Positions 56,040 through 64,000 of a stretch of DNA of 64,000 nucleotides are shown here, one piece after another (the first letter of the stretch is position 1; every line of letters begins with the position of its first letter). The stretch comes from Eledone cirrhosa. Its lineage: Eukaryota. Under the pieces are notes generated by a model. The model made no database searches. It was not told the DNA's origin and saw nothing but the letters and a program-made list of their open reading frames with translations. The translations under genes and the position numbers were made by a program. Location: positions 21,390,001 through 21,454,000 of the forward strand of contig OZ024759.1 of the NCBI GenBank assembly GCA_964016885.1, given 5' to 3'.

Positions 56040-56621
56040 CATTGTCATCATGTTCGTCATTTTCATCGTAGTCATCGTACTCATCGTTGTCATCGTCATC
56101 ATCATCACCACCAACACCATATCATCATCATTATCATCATCGACATCATCACCACCATATCACCATCATCATCAACACCACCAACACCATGTCTTCATCG
56201 TCATCATCATCATCACCACCACCAACATCATATCATCATCATCACCACCACCATATTCTCATCATCATCATCACCAACACCATATCATCACCACCACCAA
56301 CACCATATCATCACCACCACCACCACCATATTCTCATCATCATCATCATCACCACCACCAACACCATATCATCACCACCACCAACACCATATCACCACCA
56401 CCACCAACACCATATCATCATCATCATCATCATCATCACCACCAACACCATATCATCACCACCACCAACACCATATCATCATCATCATCACCACCACCAC
56501 CATCGTCGACTTCATCATCATTTTGGGGTAGAGGAAAGTCGATTAAATTGTACACCAGTGAATTACTGGTACTTTATTTTGATAATATCAACAACATCAT
56601 CACAACAATAATATTAAAAGA

Positions 56622-57040
56622 GCTGTGGATTGGCAGTATCAGTTGAGCATCAGATACCATGTTTTGTGGCATAGAGCTATAGCCCTTTACATTGAGTTCA
56701 AATCCCGCCGAGGTTAGCTTTGCCTTTCACTCTTAACCCTTTAACATTTAAACCGGCCATATCCGGCCAGAATTCTCTCATCTCTTTCTGTTCAAACCGA
56801 CCGTAACTGGCTGCTCATACTTATGTTAGGGTATTGTTCTCAGAATAAATAACATCAAAATCTCGTAGATTCGATATCATGTGAAGTAAAGCCTTTACCA
56901 CGAAACTACAATAGTATATATAGAGTAATGTAAATGTTAAGGGGTCGATAAAATGAAGTACCAGTGATGCACTGGGCTCGATTTAATTGACTTTTCCCTT
57001 CCCAAAAATTGTTAGCCTTGTGCCTAAATCAGAAACCAAT
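56622..57040 (+). mobile_element. SINE interrupted by a piggyBac-like MITE (56737-56943)
   Basis: SINE ...GCCTTTCACTC-TTAA-[CCCTTTAACATTTA...TAAATGTTAAGGG]-GTCGATAAAATGAAGTACC. Confidence 0.75.
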
Positions 57041-57173
57041 AACTATAACAACTGTAACAACAACAATAACAACAACAACAACAACAACAACAATATTTAT
57101 AGAAATACAAAAAAAAAATGTTTATTATTTTCATTACAACTTCTCGTGCAGCTGCTGCTACTGTTACTATAAA

Positions 57174-57204
<31 letters not shown>

Positions 57205-57559
57205 GCTGCTACTACTGCTGCTACTATTGCTACTACTGCTACTACCACTGCCACTGCCACTACCACTGCCACTACCACTACAACTACCACTACCCCTACC
57301 AATCCCACCATTACCGTTTTATTGCCGTAATTAAAGATATAAAGGTGTTGTTGAAATAATCGTTGTGCAGTGGAGTGCAAAGCTATCACCATCCTCACTC
57401 CACCACCACCACCACTTAATAACCCCCACCCCACCCCCACCTAATAACCCCCATCACCACCACCACCACCACCACCACCCCTTAATAAACCCACCACCAC
57501 CACCACTAATAGTTAATCCCACCACCACCACTATCTAATAACCTCCACCACAACCACCA

Positions 57560-58840
57560 CCCCTATTTAATAACCACACCACTACTACCACCACCACCAC
57601 CACCACCACCACCACTACCACCATATAATAACCACACCACCACTACCACCACCACCATCTCTACCACTACCTTCACCACAACCACTACCTCCACCACTAC
57701 AACCACGATCACGACCACTACATTCACCACTACAACCTCCACTACAACCACCATCACTACTACAACCACCATCACAACCACTACCCTCACCATTACAACC
57801 ACCATCACCACTACAACCTCCACTACAACCACCATCACTACTACAACCACCATCACAACCACCACCTTCACCACTACAACCACCATCACAACCACTACAT
57901 TCACCACTACCTCCACCACTACAACCACCACCACTACCTTCACCACTACAACCACCATCACAACCACTACCTTCACCACTACAACCACCACCACTACCAC
58001 TACCTTCACCACTACAACCACCACCACTACCACTACCTCCACCACTACAACCACCATCACAACCACTACAACCACCACCACTACCACTACCTTCACCACT
58101 ACAACCACCATCACAACCACTACCTTCACCACTACAACCACCACCACTACCACTACCTTCACCACTACAACCACCACCACTACCACTACCTTCACCACTA
58201 CAACCACCATCACCACTACAACCACCATCACAACCACTACCTTCACCACTACAACCACCACCACAACCACTAACTTCACCACTACAACCACCATCACAAC
58301 CACTACCTTCACCACTACCACTACCTTCACCACTACCACTACCTTCACCACTACAACCACAATCACTACCACTACCTCCACCACTACAACCACAATCACT
58401 ACCACTACCTCCACCACTACAACCACCATTACTACCTTCACCATTACTACCACAACCACCATCACCACCACACCATCACAACCAGGACCACTTGTACTTA
58501 ATTATTACTACACAACCACGACCACCACAACAACACCACCACCACCACCACCACCACAGCACCACCACAACAATAACACCACCACAACAACACCACCACC
58601 ACTACCATCACAACAACAAACCACCACCACCACAACACCACAACCACCACCATCACAACCAACACCACTTGTACTTAATTATTACTACACAACCACGACC
58701 ACCACCACAACAACAACACCACCACAACCACCACCACCACTACCATCACAACAACAAACCACCACCACCACAACACCACAACACCACCACCACCACCATC
58801 ACGACCAGGACCACTTGTACTTAATTATTACTACACGACC
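57560..58840. repeat. (ACC/ACT)n low-complexity tract with ~150-175-bp tandem units at its 3' end
   Basis: CACTTGTACTTAATTATTACTACAC recurs at ~58490, 58666 and 58812. Confidence 0.9.
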
Positions 58841-60208
58841 ACAACGACATCAACGACACCATTACTATACAATGGACGCCACTATTTGATAGTGTTGTAA
58901 GCGACATTAGATGAGTAGGCGTCTTTCTGTCCAGCTAAGCATGACAATCCAACCAAGCATGTCTTCTTACAGTGGAACTGTTACTGAATGTCTCTCGTTG
59001 TGGTGCTACTGTTGTTGTGCTTGTGGGGTTGTGGGGCTGTAGTTGTGGTGCTACTGTTGTTGTGGTGGTGTTGTGGTTGTGGTGTTGAGGCCGTGGTGCT
59101 GCTTTGTTGTTTGTTGAGGTCGTGGTGCTGCTTTGTTGTTTGTGGTGGTGGTGTTGTGGTGCTGCTTTGTTGTTTGTGGTGGTGGTGTTGTGGTGATGGT
59201 GCTGCTGTTGTTGTGGTGGTGGTGTTGAGGTCGTGGTGCTGCTGTTGTGGTGGTGGTGTTGAGGTCGTGGTGCTGCTGTTGTGGTGGTGTTGCTGTTGTG
59301 TGGTTGTGGTGCTGTTGTGGTGATGGTGGTGGTGGTGCTGCTGCTGTAGTTGTTGTGCTGTTGTGGTTGCGGTGGTGGGGCAGCCGATGTTGTTAGTGCT
59401 GTTGTTGCTGTTATTGTTACTGTGCTTGTTATTGTTGTTTCTGTTTGTCTCTGATCGGTATATTGACACACACACACAAACACATCGAGCTAGCCTGCAC
59501 ACTCATCCCTACATACACACGCACAATCACACACACAATGAGCTAGTAAGTACACATAGCTACACACACACATACAATCACACACACACACACATACACA
59601 TACACACAATCTCAAGGCAGATTTTGAATAAGGCGTACGGGTTTCACCTCCACCTGACCTCCCTTCTTAATCAAGACTAGCCTAAAAAAAAAGTCTTGAA
59701 GATGTTAAAAGTACAGACGCCAAGATGGCGACCACAGCGTTTCCTGTACGGAAGGCTTTTTAGTATTTCGTATCGGAATATTGTGTGAGTGTGTGTGTTT
59801 ATGTACATATGTGTGTGAGAGTGTCAGAGTGTATTTGCTTGTTGTTTGGGTGTTGGTGCTTGTGTGTGTGCGTGTGTTTGAGTGTGCATGCTAGCTTGCT
59901 GTGCTATGTGTGTGTGTGTGGGTGTGTGTGTGGGTGTGTGTGTGGGTGTGTGTGTGTGTATGTGAGAGTTCATGGTTGCTTCTTGAGCTGAGTGTATGTA
60001 TATATGAGTGTATGAGCACGTTTGGTTGAGTGTGTTTTTGTGTGTCTGTATGTGTATGAGTCTGTCTTTGTATGAGTGTGTGAGAATGAACAGTCTGTAT
60101 GAATTACAAGACTTTGGAGACCATGCTAGCATTCCACTTCTCTCTCCTTCTCTATCTCTCTCTCCTTCTCTATCTCTCTCTCCTTCTCTACCTCCTCTCT
60201 CTCTCTAC

Positions 60209-60246
<38 letters not shown>

Positions 60247-60405
60247 ATCTCTATATATACATATATACATATATATATATAGGACGGGTAAAATTTCCGA
60301 GATCCATGGACGAGTTCTCTCCAGCGGTCTCTGTCCTGCATCATCGCTGCCATGTCCTGCGTCTCCAAGAGACCTGTGTATGTGTAAATATACATACACA
60401 CACCC

Positions 60406-60492
<87 letters not shown>

Positions 60493-60534
60493 CAAGAAAG
60501 TGTTGGTAAAATCCTGTACTTCAGTATGCGGATA

Positions 60535-60922
60535 GGGAGCACTCAACGAAGATATAAGTTCCGGAGTTATAATAGTGACGAAACATAAGTCAATTGCATG
60601 AACTCATGATCCTTTATTTACTGCTATATATATATTTCGATGATAGCCATTGGATGGCTATGACCTCATCAGGCAGTTAGTCAGTTCTTAGATATGCCAG
60701 CTGGGTGTTGATGGTATCAGAGCATTGGGCCAGCTAGGTGTTGATGGTATCAGAACCTTGGGACATCTGATACCATCAATGCCATAAACACAGAGCTGGC
60801 ATATCTAAGAACTGACTAACTGCCTGATGAGGTCATAGCCATCCAATGGCTATCATCGAAATATATATAGCAGTAAATAAAGGATTATGAGTTCATGCAA
60901 TTGACTTATGTTTCGTCACTAT
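60535..60922. mobile_element. Family N inverted repeat with an intact hammerhead on each strand (60620-60677 minus, 60819-60874 plus)
   Basis: actgc-CTGATGA-ggtcatagccat(cca)atggctatcatc-GAAA-tatata-TA-gcagt followed by AATAAA; tail GGAGCACTCAA at ~60537. Confidence 0.88.
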
Positions 60923-62249
60923 ATATATATATATATATATTAAGGATTCAGGACCCCGACCGATGAGCTCCTGCCGTTTCAACACCACCACCATCATCAC
61001 CAACACCACCACCATCATCACCAACACCACCACCATCATCACCAACACCACCACCACCATCATCACCACCATCACCACCACCACCAACACCATCATCACC
61101 ATCATCACCAACACACCATCATCACCAACACACCATCATCACCAACACACCATCATCACTACCACCACCATCACCACAACCACCACCACCACCACCACCA
61201 TCACTACCCACACCATCATCACCAACACCATCATCACCAACACACCACCACCATCACCACCACCTCAAACACCATCTTCACCAACACCACCATCATCATC
61301 ATCACCAACACCATCATCACCATCACCAACACCACCACCATCACCACCAACACCATCATCACCAACACCACCATCACCATCATCACCAACACCACCACCA
61401 CCACCACCACCATCATCACCAACACCACCACCACCACCAACACCACCACCACCACCACCATCATCACCAACACCACCACCACCACCAACACCACCACCAC
61501 CACCACCATCACCAACAGCATCACCAACACCACCACCATCACCAACACCACCATCACCACCACCACCATCATGTCGTTGGTGTGTGTGTATGTATGTGTG
61601 TGTGTGTGTGTATGGAGCCGCCATCATGTCAGTGGTTGTAAGTCTATAATAAATTGCTCGAGTCAGATGGTATGGCCAACCACTACAATTATCGGAGGAA
61701 ATGGCCAAGCGAGATGCGCTATGTCACGTGATGGACGCTTCCTCTTGCTATTTAACTGAACGCAATCTCCTTTCGCACGAGAGCTCCACACCCAACAAAA
61801 TTGTTGTTGTTGTTGTTTTTGGTGGTTGTTAGTGTTGGTAGTGGAGGTGGTGGTAGTGGTGTTGGTGGTTGTGATGGTGGTAGTTGTTGTGATTGTGATA
61901 GTGGTGGTGGTGGTGGTAGTGGTGGTGATTGTGGTAGTGTAGTTGGTAGTGGTGGGTGAAGGGGTGGTGATTGTGATTGTTGCTGCTGCTGTTGTTATTG
62001 CTGTTGTTGTTGTTGTTGCCGCTGCTGCAACTGTTACTGTTGTTATAGGCATTTTTTTGTTTTGCTATTACTGTAGTAGTAGTGGTGGTGGTGGTAGAAG
62101 TAGTAGTAGTATTAATAGTTAGAGTAGTAGTGGTGGTGGTGGTGGTAGTAGTTGTAGTGGTGGTAGTGTGATGTCTGTCGCCTGATATTTCTGAGGCCAC
62201 GCAAAGATGTCGGAAAAACGGCAAAAAAAATGGTGGGAACTATTTGCCA

Positions 62250-62572
62250 ATAATAATAATTGTTTCTATTTTTGGCACAAGGCCAGCAAATACCCCAGTG
62301 CATTACTGGTACTTTATTTTATCGACGCCGTAAGGATGAAAGGCAAAGCCAACCTCGGCGGGATTTGAACTCAGAACGTAAAGGGCCGTAACTCTGCTGC
62401 AAAGCATGGCCTCTGACCCTCTACCAATACTGCCAATCCACCGCCCTTAATAATAAGTGTTTCTGCGTTTTGGCACAAGGCCAGCAATTACACCAGTGCA
62501 TTACTGGTACTTTATTTTATCGACCCCGTAAGGATGAAAGGCAAAGTTAACCTCGACGGGATTCGAACTCAT
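62250..62572 (-). mobile_element. Two tandem tRNA-derived SINE copies
   Basis: Same family as 46955-47143. Confidence 0.88.
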
Positions 62573-62772
62573 AATAACACTAGGCAAGAATTATGAATGG
62601 ATGAAATAACAAGATGGCTTCTTTCCTTCGGTTGTCTTGATAGTGATGGAATGACCCAGGCTGGCATTATTATTAGTATTATCACTATCATTATTATTTA
62701 TAATAATTTATTCATTTATTTATTGGACAGCAAGGGAGCTGTTTTGTTCAGGCACACTCTGAAACACACACA

Positions 62773-62815
<43 letters not shown>

Positions 62816-62895
62816 ACGTGTGTGTGTTTAATCATCTCCAGTGAAGAATCGGTGAAGAAAAACATGGAAACAGACACACATACATATCCACAGTC

Positions 62896-62955
<60 letters not shown>

Positions 62956-62978
62956 GTATGTATATATATATATGTATG

Positions 62979-63090
<112 letters not shown>

Positions 63091-63129
63091 TTCTGGCAAT
63101 ATTACGCAAATATGACCCTCCCTAAGTAT

Positions 63130-63228
<99 letters not shown>

Positions 63229-63230
63229 TG

Positions 63231-63410
<180 letters not shown>

Positions 63411-64000
63411 GTGTGTGTGTAGAGAGAGAGAGAGACGGAGGGAATGAGAGAGAAAGAGAGAGGAGTGGAATGCTAGCAAGGTCTCATATATATGAGAGAG
63501 AGAATCGTGCGGCCTGGCAAGGAAATAGGGAACGAGACAGATAATCTGATACATGGATATTCAAGCGAGAGTATCACGGAATCGAAAATATAGAAAAAAT
63601 ATATTAGTGTGGACAAAGGTAGTTTTAAACTTCATTACCACAATCACAGATCCACCTTTAGATTTTCTCCTCTATATATGACCAAGTCAAGACCTTTTGA
63701 GACCCTAACCCCTGAAACAATTTTGGTACCTTCATATACTGTATAAGGAAAAATCTCGCTGATACTGTGATGGAGACCCTTCATGAGGACCTGAAATACG
63801 TGCATATTTACTTAAGGGCTAATCCATTGCGGCCGCCATACGGTAATAAGTTACATAACTGAAAATTCTACTTACCTGAAAAACTCTCTCTATCTCTCTC
63901 TCTATCTATCTATCTATTATAAATTTTATTTTTTGTTATATTTTATTTTATTTTTATATATTGTTATTGCCTCCTCCTTATTGAGGACGCCTTGTTTTGT

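Noticed and set aside
63760-63810. Possible hammerhead CTGTGATG...GAAATACGTGCA
   Set aside because: The core box and UH site are both disrupted; too degenerate to support.

Overview
AT-rich, microsatellite-saturated eukaryotic non-genic DNA, most likely Octopus/cephalopod (inferred from the SINE families and the (TA)n/(CA)n/(ACC)n load). I found no supportable host protein-coding exon, and almost all listed ORFs are translated microsatellites. Recognisable content: an internally deleted mariner transposase; 3' remnants of CR1/L2-, RTE-, Tx1- and CRE-like LINEs; tRNA-derived SINEs (some in tandem arrays); hAT, piggyBac and Tc1-type MITEs; and 57-bp, 70-bp and 329-bp tandem arrays. The main signal is about 20 minimal type I hammerhead-ribozyme motifs (CUGANGA...GAAA...UH with stems I-III) from at least 12 sequence families that look unrelated to each other. 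They sit in short non-coding elements embedded in (TA)n, usually followed by AATAAA and a shared GAGTRY tail motif, and many occur as inverted repeats that place a hammerhead on each strand. This fits truncated, inverted Penelope-like pLTRs or retrozyme-like elements. All calls were made by eye; element boundaries are approximate.
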